Positions 1 through 8,213 of a DNA stretch of 12,078 nt are shown piece after piece. A program made the position numbers and the translations under genes. This DNA is from a virus: UHGV virus genome UHGV-0261881. One strand, given 5' to 3'. The notes under the pieces are model-generated. The model was not told where the DNA came from. It saw nothing but the letters and a program-made list of their open reading frames with translations, and searched no databases. How positions within the stretch are numbered: the first letter of the stretch is position 1; each line of letters starts with the position of its first letter.

Positions 1-246
1 GCGGGTAGGTGTACCAAAAATAATGGCGTCGTAATCGGCCAGTTCTTGCGGGGTTGCAACCGGTGCAGTTTGCGTTTTACCGCCTGCTTTTTCAAATAAT
101 TGCGGCGGCATGGTTTCCGGTACACGCTTAACGACAACTTCTGCGCCATCCACTTTGCTTGCACCCTCAGCGACTGCGCGTGCCATCGTTTCAATATGTC
201 CGTACATGGAATAATAAAGCACTAGTATTCTTGCCTTAACACTCAT
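1..246 (-). CDS. wrbA: NAD(P)H:quinone oxidoreductase WrbA, N-terminal 82 codons (3' end runs off the window); first 8 codons supplied by the inserted element
   Basis: Minus-strand translation from ATG at 246-244 gives [82 protein letters not shown]. From VLYYSMYGH onward this matches the WrbA N-terminus as I recall it ([31 protein letters not shown]...). SD aggaga sits 8 nt upstream on the minus strand (plus 254-259). Confidence 0.92.
   Translation of the reverse strand, partial: MSVKARILVLYYSMYGHIETMARAVAEGASKVDGAEVVVKRVPETMPPQLFEKAGGKTQTAPVATPQELADYDAIIFGTPTR
216..225. other. attL junction (host wrbA side | element side), crossover within or next to AAAGCAC
   Basis: Sequence ggaataatAAAGCAC|tagtattc: left part matches wrbA, right part does not. 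The same AAAGCAC is found at the right junction. Confidence 0.7.
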
Positions 247-297
247 ATCATTGTTCTCCTGTTCAATGAACCACTTAGATAAGCATAGTCCGAAGAT

Positions 298-1941
298 ATG
301 AAGCTGCTAGTGACATACATCAGGTGGAGTACTAAAGAGCAAGACTCAGGAGACTCCTTAAGACGGCAAACAAACCTCATTGATGCTTTCTACTCTAAGC
401 ACAAAAATGATTATTACCTTCTTCCTGCTCACAGATACGTTGATAAGGGTAAATCTGGTTTTCACCAGCAACATAAGAATCAAGGTTCTGACTTCAGACG
501 TATGTTTGAAAATGTTATGTCTGGGGCTATTCCAGAAGGTTCCTTGATTGTTGTAGAGAACTTTGACCGCTTCAGTAGGGCTGATATCGACACAGCTATA
601 GATGATGTCAGGCAGATACTGAGGAAAGGAGTCTCTATACTGACTCTGGGAGATGGTGAACTCTACGACAAATCAGCATTAACAGACCCTGTGAAGTTGA
701 TTAAGCACATCATCATAGCTGAGCGAGCACATCAGGAATCTCTTGTTAAACAAAAGCGTATAGCTCAGGTCTGGAACCATAAAACACAGCTTGCAAGAGA
801 ACTTAAGAAGCCTATGGGTAAGCAAGCCCCCGGATGGTTAGAGCTATCAGATGATGGTTCACACTACATCGTTGATGAAGATAAAGCGTCACTGGTGAAT
901 ATCATCTATGACAAGCGTCTTTCTGGTATGTCGATGTTTGCTATCTGCAAATGGCTAAACGAACAAGGTTACCCGACCATTAATCAGCGTAAGGTCAGAA
1001 TATCCAAGACTAAGAAACCTGATGGTAACTGGTCAGCATTAAGCGTTAAACACATCCTGACTTCACGAAGTGTATTAGGTTACCTTCCCGCTAAGATTTC
1101 TACAGAAGACCGTAAAACAGTGTTACGTGAAGAAATTGAAGGGTTCTATCCTCAGATTGTCACAGACTCTAAGTTTTACGCTGTACAGCAACTGTTAGAG
1201 GAAACAGGGAAGGGGAAAACATCCAGCGGTGAACACTGGCTATATGTGAACATACTGAAGGGGCTTATCCGTTGTAAGTGTGGGCTTGTAATGACTCCTA
1301 CAGGGATACGTAAACCCGTTTATCAAGGTACTTACCGTTGCAATGGTAATAAGGAGTCCCGTTGTAGCTACGGTACAGTGTCCAGAAAGTTACTTGATAC
1401 ACAGCTTTGTAGTCGTCTGTTTAGCAAACTGTCACAGCTACACGATGAAGCTACCGATACAGCTAAATTAGATGAACTGCAACGCAGACTAAACACCGTT
1501 GATAGTGAACTGGAAAAACTCACTGAGACGCTGATACAGCTTCCTAACATCACTCAGATTCAAGAAGCACTACGGGTTAAACAGGAAGAAAAAGATGAAC
1601 TGATAGTTCAGTTATCACGAGAAAAGGCGAGGGTAAAATCTGTATCAAGCTTGGATTTAAGCGGTCTTGATATGGAGTCTGTAGAGGGGAGAACTGAAGC
1701 CCAGATTATTATTAAGCGTTTGGTGAAAGAGATTGTTGTTTCTGGTAATGAAAAGCTGGTGGATATATATCTTCACAATGGAAATATGATTCGTGGTTTT
1801 CCTCTTGATGGTAAAGATGACCACACCTTAACGCTTGAAGAAGCAACCGATGAGATGCAGTCATTAGATGATATGCTTATTTTTGGTGAACCAGTAACAA
1901 GGATTTATCCTGCTGGTGATATGGAAGAGGTGGACGCTTAG
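298..1941 (+). CDS. Large serine recombinase (integrase), 547 aa
   Basis: N-terminal catalytic motifs YIRWSTKEQ (catalytic Ser), [15 protein letters not shown] and ERAHQESL. Cys-rich stretch IRCKCG...[14 protein letters not shown] consistent with a recombinase zinc ribbon. Coiled-coil-like C-terminal region ([21 protein letters not shown]). ATG start at 298. Position next to the att junction. Confidence 0.88.
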   Translation: MKLLVTYIRWSTKEQDSGDSLRRQTNLIDAFYSKHKNDYYLLPAHRYVDKGKSGFHQQHKNQGSDFRRMFENVMSGAIPEGSLIVVENFDRFSRADIDTAIDDVRQILRKGVSILTLGDGELYDKSALTDPVKLIKHIIIAERAHQESLVKQKRIAQVWNHKTQLARELKKPMGKQAPGWLELSDDGSHYIVDEDKASLVNIIYDKRLSGMSMFAICKWLNEQGYPTINQRKVRISKTKKPDGNWSALSVKHILTSRSVLGYLPAKISTEDRKTVLREEIEGFYPQIVTDSKFYAVQQLLEETGKGKTSSGEHWLYVNILKGLIRCKCGLVMTPTGIRKPVYQGTYRCNGNKESRCSYGTVSRKLLDTQLCSRLFSKLSQLHDEATDTAKLDELQRRLNTVDSELEKLTETLIQLPNITQIQEALRVKQEEKDELIVQLSREKARVKSVSSLDLSGLDMESVEGRTEAQIIIKRLVKEIVVSGNEKLVDIYLHNGNMIRGFPLDGKDDHTLTLEEATDEMQSLDDMLIFGEPVTRIYPAGDMEEVDA

Positions 1942-1944
1942 GAA

Positions 1945-1960
1945 TTGGTATTGTTACCAA
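1945..1960. terminator. Hairpin between convergent genes (TTGGTA-ttgt-TACCAA), possible bidirectional terminator without a clear U-tract
   Basis: Perfect 6-bp inverted repeat with a 4-nt loop, exactly filling the gap between the integrase stop (1939-1941) and the minus-strand gene stop (1961-1963). Confidence 0.3.
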
Positions 1961-2734
1961 TCAATAAGTGCCCTTCTTATTCGGATTCACACTAAATTTC
2001 CGTAAAGCATTACCCGACTTAAGCACTTTTGAAGCCTGCTCATTAGCTGAGGCTGTGAAGGTGCTTACACCATCTTTCACCGTGACATTTTTAGAGCAAT
2101 TGCTACGGACCCTTAGCGCTTCATCAGATAGCTCAGATGCTGAGTAGCTATACAGTTCCTGACACATCAACATAGGTGCGTTATTGCGTTCAGTAGTCAC
2201 GTTACCCGCATTCTTCTTAGAAGTTGCGCCACCATCATTTGTGGTAGCGGCCTTTCCAGTTGCAGCAGAGATATCAGTCTGACCAACAACAGCTTTAAAG
2301 TTAATTTCCTGAAAAGTTAGCTGGATTCTTAGACCATTTGAAATACCAACATCTTTAGATGCTTTAAAGCTTGTAATAATGGAATCATCAATTTTAATTC
2401 CGTCCTTACAGATAACAGAAATAATTTGCTTCTGGTCACGCCAGCTTTCAAGAGTGTCAATGAAGTTTTCTACTAATTGACCCTGACGAGTTAATAATAA
2501 GCTTCCTTCATAGCCAACTACAACGACACCACTAATAGTGATTGTTCTGGGTGCTCTTTGCACATTATCTGTGACGGTTTGCCCTGATTGCATGTTCTGT
2601 GTAGTCACCTGCATAGGGCTATCAAATTCCATGTTTTCAGTTGCTGATAAGGTTAAGAAGGCATCTACATTGTCTCTTAAGTGGAAATAGATGCCATCTT
2701 TGCCACTGTAACGAATCTGATTAGAGTAAATCAT
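1961..2734 (-). CDS. Hypothetical protein, 257 aa; weak resemblance to a phage distal-tail/structural protein given its position after the tape-measure-like gene
   Basis: Long ORF. The track's TTG start at 2755 is replaced here by the ATG at 2734-2732, which has a strong SD (aaggag, 7 nt upstream on the minus strand). Beta-rich-looking sequence ([15 protein letters not shown]). No catalytic motif recognised. Confidence 0.6.
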   Translation of the reverse strand: MIYSNQIRYSGKDGIYFHLRDNVDAFLTLSATENMEFDSPMQVTTQNMQSGQTVTDNVQRAPRTITISGVVVVGYEGSLLLTRQGQLVENFIDTLESWRDQKQIISVICKDGIKIDDSIITSFKASKDVGISNGLRIQLTFQEINFKAVVGQTDISAATGKAATTNDGGATSKKNAGNVTTERNNAPMLMCQELYSYSASELSDEALRVRSNCSKNVTVKDGVSTFTASANEQASKVLKSGNALRKFSVNPNKKGTY

Positions 2735-2813
2735 TAAATTCTCCTTTGATTTCAAAGGCTTAGTGTATTTTAATCATTTTTAACCAAGCCTTTGATATAT
2801 AAGTATTTTCTCT

Positions 2814-2895
2814 GTTAAGCGTGAGCTACGTAAATTCTATTTTTCAGTGCAGGTATTAACTTTGCTTTATTCACGTAGCATTCGACTATTCATAG
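2814..2895 (-). promoter_or_regulatory. Promoter-like cassette, copy A, upstream of the 257-aa gene
   Basis: About 37 bp nearly identical to copy B (taagcgtgagctacgtaaattctatttttcagtg). On the minus strand it reads ...ctgaaaaaTAGAATttacgtagc..., a -10-like TAGAAT with no good -35. Dyad arms GCTACGTAAAT (2825-2835) and ATTCACGTAGC (2869-2879) flank and overlap the -10. Confidence 0.45.
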
Positions 2896-2968
2896 TTGAA
2901 TCGTCATACTAGATAAAGATTAATAGATTGCCATGTGTGGCAATAAATATTAGTAGTTCTAACATTGT

Positions 2969-5044
2969 TTATTCCTCTGGGTAAGCTGAGCTAATCAAGG
3001 TATCTTCCTGCATACGATTAATATGCGATGTGGTTCTTTCATCAATAACCTTTCCATCAAGTACCGTCTGAGTTGTGATATTGATTGTCTGAGGCTGAAT
3101 GTTTACTGACGGCTTGATAACCTTTAAATCTTGTGTGAATGTTTCCACTCGACCTTTCAGATTATTTAATGCTTCAGGTGAAAACTGTGGAACATCTTTT
3201 GATTTGCCCTGAACCATAGCCCATAAAACAGCGGCTAAAGAGTTCATGTCACCAGACAATGCTTGGTCTGTAGGTTCCACCTTTGACCTTACAACTTTGT
3301 CAATTGGATTATCTGACTTACTCATCTGACGTTCATAGAACGGTTTAACAATGGAGTTAATCACATCAGTTGCCATACCGACAATCATTACTTTGGTAAT
3401 TGCATCAGCTACAGATAATTTTCCTTTACCACCTTCAACACTACCGGAACGTGAATTAATTCTTCCTGCTGCTGTATTTGCTACATTTCCAAGCGTGGAA
3501 ATAGCCCTAATTAAGCTCCAGATGCCACCTACAGCACCAATACCAGACCTTACAGCAACAATACCAGCAAGTCCCTTTAATGCACTTAACAGGCCATTTG
3601 CGATACCATCAGCTACAGCTTTTTGAGTGTCATTTAATTCTCTGTAAGCAAGGGTCACTCTGTCAAAGAATCCCTGCACTCGGTAGCTAATCGTGGTTAA
3701 ATCATCAATACCGTTTGACATACTTTTCATCAAGTCGCCAAAATGTTCACCAAGATTTTTAGATTGCCCACCTAGCGAATTAAGTAAATTAGTCAGTGAC
3801 CTTGTAAAGTCTGTTAAACCTTCCTGTGAACCGTCGAACATTAAGGCCAGATTATTATTCCATGAATTAGAAAGGCGGCCTAACTGCGTCTGAGTAGAGT
3901 TAATAATCTTTTCCCATCCACCAGCTTTATCAATCATCCTTCCCATTTCAGCGGATACTTTAGGAAGAACATCTTTAGAAAGAACTTTACCGTCTTTCAT
4001 AGCCTTGTCTAATTCTTCTGTAGTCATCCCAAGGCTTCTGGCAAATAACTGGAAAGCACCTGCCATTCTGTCACCTAATTGACCACGTAGCTCTTCAGCC
4101 TGAATCTTCCCTTTAGAAGCCATCTGCTCGAAAGCTTTCAGAATCCCGTTAATTTCATCAGTACTTAAACCCATTAATCTGGATGTGCCAATCACATTAC
4201 TAAATAAGGATTCTTTCTGGCCTGCATCCATATCACCAGCACCAGCGGAAAACTTAGCAAAACTGCTTAATGTTTCAATCTGGTCAACACCAGTATTATT
4301 AGCAAGATTCTTAACAAATTCTGTAGCTCGTTTAGCACCTTCATCACCTAAAACGAATTGTGCCGCTCGTTGTGATGCTTCTTTTTTCAGACCAACCTCC
4401 ATAATCTTCCTGTAAGCTTCTAAGGCTGTCTGAAAACTATAAATGGCTGTACCTGCTTTGATTGCACTTGTAGCTAATACATCCAGACCATTCGAAGCAT
4501 TTTCACTGTGATTATTTTTGCTGGTGGTCTTGTTAAACTTAGAAAGTGTTTCACGAAGAGACTGATTTAATTTTGCTAACTCACGATTAAAAGCTTCGTT
4601 TCCAAGTGTCTTGGATTTACTACTTAATGCGTAAAACTGACTCTTAATGTATTTCTCGACAATTGGGTTAAGACCTTTCAGCTTGCTCATATTCGCTGAA
4701 TAAGCTGCTGTGATTGCTCTGTTTCCGCTAATTCGTGGTTGCCTTGATTGTTTTGGAGGATTAACAGTGTCATTAAATCTGGTGGCAAACTGAAATGCTT
4801 TTGTGCTTCTTGCTCTCTGTTCAATCTTGTCAAAGGTCTTATTAAACTTCCTTTCAAGCTGCCCTAAAGAACTTGTCAGATTGCTGTCAAGTTGCTTGGT
4901 ATCGACCTTAAACGCTCTATTCAAATTGCGTTCAATTCTTTGTGCTGACTGCAAAGCTGCCTTTTCAACTCTTTGCAAGCCCTTAATAACGTTTTCACTG
5001 AAACTAAGTTCAACGATAAAACTATCAACTGTGAATTTGCTCAT
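2969..5044 (-). CDS. Tape-measure-like protein (phage tail length tape measure domain), 691 aa
   Basis: Central block GLSTDEINGILKAFEQMASKGKIQAEELRGQLGDRMAGAFQLFARSLGMTTEELDKAMKDGKV resembles the tape-measure core domain. Gly/Ala-rich hydrophobic segment (GLLSALKGLAGIVAVRSGIGAVGGIWSLIRAISTLG) and coiled-coil-like N-terminus are typical of tape measure proteins. ATG start with SD agaggtg. Confidence 0.65.
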   Translation of the reverse strand: MSKFTVDSFIVELSFSENVIKGLQRVEKAALQSAQRIERNLNRAFKVDTKQLDSNLTSSLGQLERKFNKTFDKIEQRARSTKAFQFATRFNDTVNPPKQSRQPRISGNRAITAAYSANMSKLKGLNPIVEKYIKSQFYALSSKSKTLGNEAFNRELAKLNQSLRETLSKFNKTTSKNNHSENASNGLDVLATSAIKAGTAIYSFQTALEAYRKIMEVGLKKEASQRAAQFVLGDEGAKRATEFVKNLANNTGVDQIETLSSFAKFSAGAGDMDAGQKESLFSNVIGTSRLMGLSTDEINGILKAFEQMASKGKIQAEELRGQLGDRMAGAFQLFARSLGMTTEELDKAMKDGKVLSKDVLPKVSAEMGRMIDKAGGWEKIINSTQTQLGRLSNSWNNNLALMFDGSQEGLTDFTRSLTNLLNSLGGQSKNLGEHFGDLMKSMSNGIDDLTTISYRVQGFFDRVTLAYRELNDTQKAVADGIANGLLSALKGLAGIVAVRSGIGAVGGIWSLIRAISTLGNVANTAAGRINSRSGSVEGGKGKLSVADAITKVMIVGMATDVINSIVKPFYERQMSKSDNPIDKVVRSKVEPTDQALSGDMNSLAAVLWAMVQGKSKDVPQFSPEALNNLKGRVETFTQDLKVIKPSVNIQPQTINITTQTVLDGKVIDERTTSHINRMQEDTLISSAYPEE

Positions 5045-5057
5045 TCATGTTTCACCT

Positions 5058-5140
5058 CTTTAAGCGTGAGCTACGTAAATTCTATTTTTCAGTGTGGATA
5101 TTAGCTTTACAGATTTCATGTAGCACACATAGGATTCGAT
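5058..5140 (-). promoter_or_regulatory. Promoter-like cassette, copy B, immediately upstream of the tape-measure-like gene
   Basis: Same core as copy A. -10-like TAGAAT on the minus strand (plus 5079-5084) sits about 35 nt upstream of the ATG at 5044. Lies between an intrinsic terminator (5160-5201) and the gene start. Confidence 0.5.
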
Positions 5141-5159
5141 AGAAGACTATCTCATATAC

Positions 5160-5201
5160 AAAAAAGGGAGAAACTACCGATATCACTCGATAATCTCTCC
5201 C
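5160..5201 (-). terminator. Rho-independent terminator after the 67-aa gene
   Basis: Minus strand reads GGGAGAgattatcgagtgatatcggtagttTCTCCC followed by TTTTTT: 6-bp GC-rich stem plus U-tract, about 25 nt downstream of the stop at 5227. Confidence 0.6.
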
Positions 5202-5226
5202 GTTGATTTTCACCCAACCAATCTTT

Positions 5227-5430
5227 TTACCTAACCAGATAATAATTACCATCTTCACCGACAATCTGACAATCACTTGGTAATTTATCAAGACACCATT
5301 TAGCGATTCTTCTGATTCTGTTATTTTGCTTAGAGGTGGATGATTTGATTCGTTTTGGTTTGTTGGGTTGTTCTTTCAGTCGTTCACTAATTGCCTTGAT
5401 GAGTTCATAGCGTTCTGTTAAATCAATCAT
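5227..5430 (-). CDS. Hypothetical small basic protein, 67 aa
   Basis: ATG start with a strong SD (aaggaggtg). N-terminus MIDLTERYEL is paralogous to the upstream 102-aa protein (MSDLTERDKR). Confidence 0.55.
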   Translation of the reverse strand: MIDLTERYELIKAISERLKEQPNKPKRIKSSTSKQNNRIRRIAKWCLDKLPSDCQIVGEDGNYYLVR

Positions 5431-5455
5431 TCACCACCTCCTTTTTAATTCGATT

Positions 5456-5764
5456 TTAATCTAAGTAGTGTATACACTCGACACCGCGTTCATTCTTTTG
5501 AATTTCATAACGTAGTGAAAGACCAGTTTGATAATACACAGTATCAAGCTTATTTATCTTATCCTTGAGTTCGATAAGAAGTCGCGTTAAATCATCCCGA
5601 CCATCACACTTTAGTTCGGCAAGAGGCTTTTCTTCCATACGACCAATAAGATATTCAGTGACCTCCTGAATATCACCAAGAGTCATTTTAATTTCATTGA
5701 ACCTATCTTCAAAAGGCTCCATCACCCATTTCATTCTTTTATCGCGTTCTGTTAAATCACTCAT
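5456..5764 (-). CDS. Hypothetical small acidic protein, 102 aa
   Basis: ATG start. Its start overlaps the stop region of the upstream 234-aa gene (5764 versus 5773), suggesting translational coupling. Shares the M-x-DLTER N-terminus with the 67-aa protein. Confidence 0.6.
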   Translation of the reverse strand: MSDLTERDKRMKWVMEPFEDRFNEIKMTLGDIQEVTEYLIGRMEEKPLAELKCDGRDDLTRLLIELKDKINKLDTVYYQTGLSLRYEIQKNERGVECIHYLD

Positions 5765-5772
5765 TATTCACC

Positions 5773-6477
5773 TCAAACAGCCTTGCTAAATTCTCGTGGA
5801 ACACTCAGAAAATCATTGAAGCTGATAATCTGTGCCAACTCTTGACGGTACTCCTTAGCCAGCGCTTGATGGTCACTAATCAGCTTAGCCAGTCTTGATT
5901 TCAGCAATTTAATCTCATTTTCTCTTGCTTTCATCAGTTTCTCTTTGGCAATTTCTTCAAGCTCAGCTTGTGATTTATCAGCAACAATTAGAGACAGTTG
6001 ATGTGGCGCTCTGATGGCCCTTTCCGTACGAATAACCCTTTGACCTTCTGGTAAATCTGCAATCACTTTACCAATCTCTACAGGGTCATACCCCCAACCG
6101 TCACGGTCTAGTCGAGAGAAATAAGCATAAGGATTGGTTTGAAGCTCCATCAAAATAGCCATTTCGTCGATTTCGTCTTCAAGCTTGGACTGAATTTTCT
6201 CGTAAACACTTCTCATTGCTTCTTGAGAGTCTTTAATAGCTTGGAAATATCGGCGTTGCAGCTTCAGTTTCAAATCAAGCTCACATTTCTCATTCATCGA
6301 AAAATCAATTTCAACTCTTGGAATCTCGAGTGGTTCTGGTGGAATATATGGACCTTTATTTACTTCGTGTGATTCCCGCCAAGCTCTATCAAAAGATTCA
6401 CGCAAAGTTAATTCGTGAATATCAAGTGCACTTGGTCTGTTCTCAACAATCATTTCATTTTCATCACGGATAGCCAT
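5773..6477 (-). CDS. Hypothetical protein, 234 aa, charged and coiled-coil-rich
   Basis: Long ORF with ATG start. Its SD (agaagagga) lies inside the 3' arm of an 11-bp hairpin. No motif recognised. Confidence 0.6.
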   Translation of the reverse strand: MAIRDENEMIVENRPSALDIHELTLRESFDRAWRESHEVNKGPYIPPEPLEIPRVEIDFSMNEKCELDLKLKLQRRYFQAIKDSQEAMRSVYEKIQSKLEDEIDEMAILMELQTNPYAYFSRLDRDGWGYDPVEIGKVIADLPEGQRVIRTERAIRAPHQLSLIVADKSQAELEEIAKEKLMKARENEIKLLKSRLAKLISDHQALAKEYRQELAQIISFNDFLSVPREFSKAV

Positions 6478-6487
6478 TAATATTTTT

Positions 6488-6556
6488 CCTCTTCTAAGAT
6501 AATTTACGTTTCAGTTTTTAAAAAGCACACCTGACAACCTACGAACTTAGAAGAGG
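6488..6556 (-). promoter_or_regulatory. 5'-UTR hairpin sequestering the SD of the 234-aa gene
   Basis: Perfect 11-bp inverted repeat CCTCTTCTAAG (6488-6498) / CTTAGAAGAGG (6546-6556) with a 47-nt loop. On the minus-strand mRNA the 3' arm contains the SD, 10 nt before the ATG. Confidence 0.5.
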
Positions 6557-6594
6557 CTTAAAAGGCGTTTGCCAAGTATGCTTTTTAAAAGCTG

Positions 6595-6631
6595 AAAAAA
6601 GCCCTAGATAACTAAAACGCTATAAAGGGCT
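6595..6631 (-). terminator. Rho-independent terminator ending the upstream minus-strand operon
   Basis: Minus strand reads AGCCCTttatagcgttttagttatctAGGGCT followed by TTTTT(T). Confidence 0.5.
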
Positions 6632-6949
6632 AAGGTGAAGAAATTAAAACATCTAAAGGATTCAATAACGAATGAACAAGAGTACTTTTCGAGATGACCT
6701 CTCAGGTTATATAAGAGGTCATGTAGCGAAAAGCATTGCACCTTTCCAAATCAGAATATCCATCCATCGGATTATTGAAAATATGATTTTAGGAAGAGTT
6801 GCTCTTCCCTATAATTAAAATTATGTCATACTTAAGGTTATTTGTCAACAGCCTTTTAACAGATTGGTAACATCAATTTCTATTTACTGTGTTGCCTACC
6901 CAGCAACCAACAAATAAGCCAAGCAACGTCCAAGCAATTATTAAGCCCA

Positions 6950-7279
6950 TTAGTGAACCCTCACAGAATCCGTAACCAAAATATTGTCGCTGTACAGGAT
7001 TGTCACAGCACCTTTCAAAAATTGCTCTGGGGAAATACTGTATTTGTTCGTTTGCTCGATAACCAATCTTTTCATGTTGCTGTCTTTAATTGGTAGCATC
7101 ATTCGAGGCTCGTTAAACTCCACCGACTGAATAAAGTCAGAGATGCTTTCCGCATTATCAGTCATTAACTCTAACAACTTATCAAAGTCAACGCTAACAC
7201 CTACATCAGCGAAAGCCTGAATCATCATGGCGGTGTCGGTATCAATAAAAATCTGTAGTGGGAAGTTTAATTCTCTCAT
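6950..7279 (-). CDS. Hypothetical protein, 109 aa
   Basis: ATG start with SD aaggag. Lies immediately downstream (minus strand) of structured repeat copy 1. Confidence 0.55.
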   Translation of the reverse strand: MRELNFPLQIFIDTDTAMMIQAFADVGVSVDFDKLLELMTDNAESISDFIQSVEFNEPRMMLPIKDSNMKRLVIEQTNKYSISPEQFLKGAVTILYSDNILVTDSVRVH

Positions 7280-7304
7280 TTCTTAAAATCTCCTTTTTAC
7301 CAGA

Positions 7305-7430
7305 CCTCCTCAATCGCTCTGTAACGAGCTAAACAGTCTTTTTCAGGGGTAGCCTGTACAGTGGTATTACCCACCCTAAAATAAGGTAGTTTTTTGCGTT
7401 AGAATGCGATTGAGAGCGTCTGAGAAGCTG
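7305..7430 (+). repeat. Structured inverted-terminus repeat (SIR), copy 1, between the HNH-like gene and the 109-aa gene
   Basis: Aligns base-for-base in the same order with copy 2 (same orientation) and with the reverse complement of copy 3. Shared blocks GCTCTGTAACGAG, CAGGGGTAG, TACCCACCCTAAAATAA, GTTAGAATGCG and AGAGCGTCTGAGAAGCT. Termini are mutually complementary (CTCAATCGC / GCGATTGAG). Confidence 0.75.
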
Positions 7431-7435
7431 TTTTT

Positions 7436-7723
7436 CTAATTTCTCTTAAAGTCTCGGACTTGCATAAGATTTTTTGGTCTGGTATCGGCTCTGTTACCAT
7501 TTCGATGGATAATTTGCTTGTTGGATTGATAGCCATGATAAAGGAACCAGACAACATATTTCACGTAGAAAGTATATCGGCCTATATTAAATGTTTTGTT
7601 GCCGTAGTCGTCGGTATTTATCGTGACTGACTCTCCATCAGACCAGCACAGGGAATCACTGGATTCATCATAGATAAGGTGTTCTGTAAAATATCGTCTA
7701 ACATCTTCATGCCAAGGTTTCAT
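7436..7723 (-). CDS. Small HNH-family endonuclease-like protein, 95 aa
   Basis: C-terminal YVKYVVWFLYHGYQSNKQIIHRNGNRADTRPKNLMQV resembles the HNH motif of phage-type HNH nucleases (consensus-like ...W..hnG...IDHINGN..DNR..NLR). ATG start overlaps the upstream gene by 4 nt. Confidence 0.55.
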   Translation of the reverse strand: MKPWHEDVRRYFTEHLIYDESSDSLCWSDGESVTINTDDYGNKTFNIGRYTFYVKYVVWFLYHGYQSNKQIIHRNGNRADTRPKNLMQVRDFKRN

Positions 7724-7935
7724 AAAACCTCCTCACCCCAATAACCTAATTCAATCTTGTGACGCTCAAACCATTCCGGTTTAACTGCTGTTTTCAGTAC
7801 TTCATTTGGGTCAATGGCTTTAATGAAAATATCTTTTGAGTTATGGATGTCACCGAATCCGTTTCCTTTAATCAGGAGGTCGGAGATGTAGCGAATCATT
7901 TTATCTGTGTGGTATTCAAAGGTAACGCATAGCAT
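7720..7935 (-). CDS. Hypothetical protein, 71 aa
   Basis: ATG start overlapping the upstream stop (TAATG). Part of a tightly coupled operon. Confidence 0.5.
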   Translation of the reverse strand: MLCVTFEYHTDKMIRYISDLLIKGNGFGDIHNSKDIFIKAIDPNEVLKTAVKPEWFERHKIELGYWGEEVL

Positions 7936-8213
7936 TAAACCTCCATCGCTAACTTGTGAATCTTAAGACTCAATAGACGGGCAATATCAATTTTAAAGCC
8001 GTTAAGTGCCTTCAAAGTATCTAAAGCGTCCTGACTAATTCGGATGTGCTTACGACCTTTAGAGACTGGATATTTAAGTAAATCCGACTCAGTGACCTCT
8101 TTAGCAATTGCAAGTTGCATAATAGTTTGATGAGGTAAGTTAGTTGCTTGTTTAATTCTGGTAAGCTCGTTAAAAGCTTCCTCTGAAATACGGGTTAATG
8201 TGTGTTTATTCAT
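7935..8213 (-). CDS. Putative ribbon-helix-helix (RHH)-like DNA-binding protein, 92 aa
   Basis: N-terminus KHTLTRISEEAFNELTRIKQATNLPHQTIMQLAIAKE fits a strand-helix-helix pattern like CopG/Arc-type RHH. A second similar pattern (HIRISQDALDTLKALNGFKIDIARLL) follows. Stop of the upstream gene directly abuts its ATG. Confidence 0.4.
   Translation of the reverse strand: MNKHTLTRISEEAFNELTRIKQATNLPHQTIMQLAIAKEVTESDLLKYPVSKGRKHIRISQDALDTLKALNGFKIDIARLLSLKIHKLAMEV

Noticed and set aside
1368-1553. 61-aa minus-strand ORF inside the integrase gene
   Set aside because: Embedded antisense ORF, Ser-rich and low complexity, no SD.
2735-2755. TTG start at 2755 for the 257-aa gene (264-aa version in the ORF track)
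   Set aside because: An in-frame ATG at 2734 has a canonical SD (aaggag) at ideal spacing. The TTG start would place that SD inside the coding region.
3351-5063. Plus-strand ORFs of 66-91 aa (3351-3626, 3693-3893, 4185-4415, 4803-5063) inside the tape-measure-like gene
   Set aside because: Antisense to a long, well-supported minus-strand ORF. No SD and low-complexity composition. Typical shadow ORFs.
5082-5291. 69-aa minus-strand ORF overlapping promoter cassette B and the terminator
   Set aside because: Spans an intrinsic terminator and a repeat. Overlaps the better-supported 67-aa gene in another frame.
6139-6372. 77-aa plus-strand ORF inside the 234-aa gene
   Set aside because: Antisense shadow ORF.
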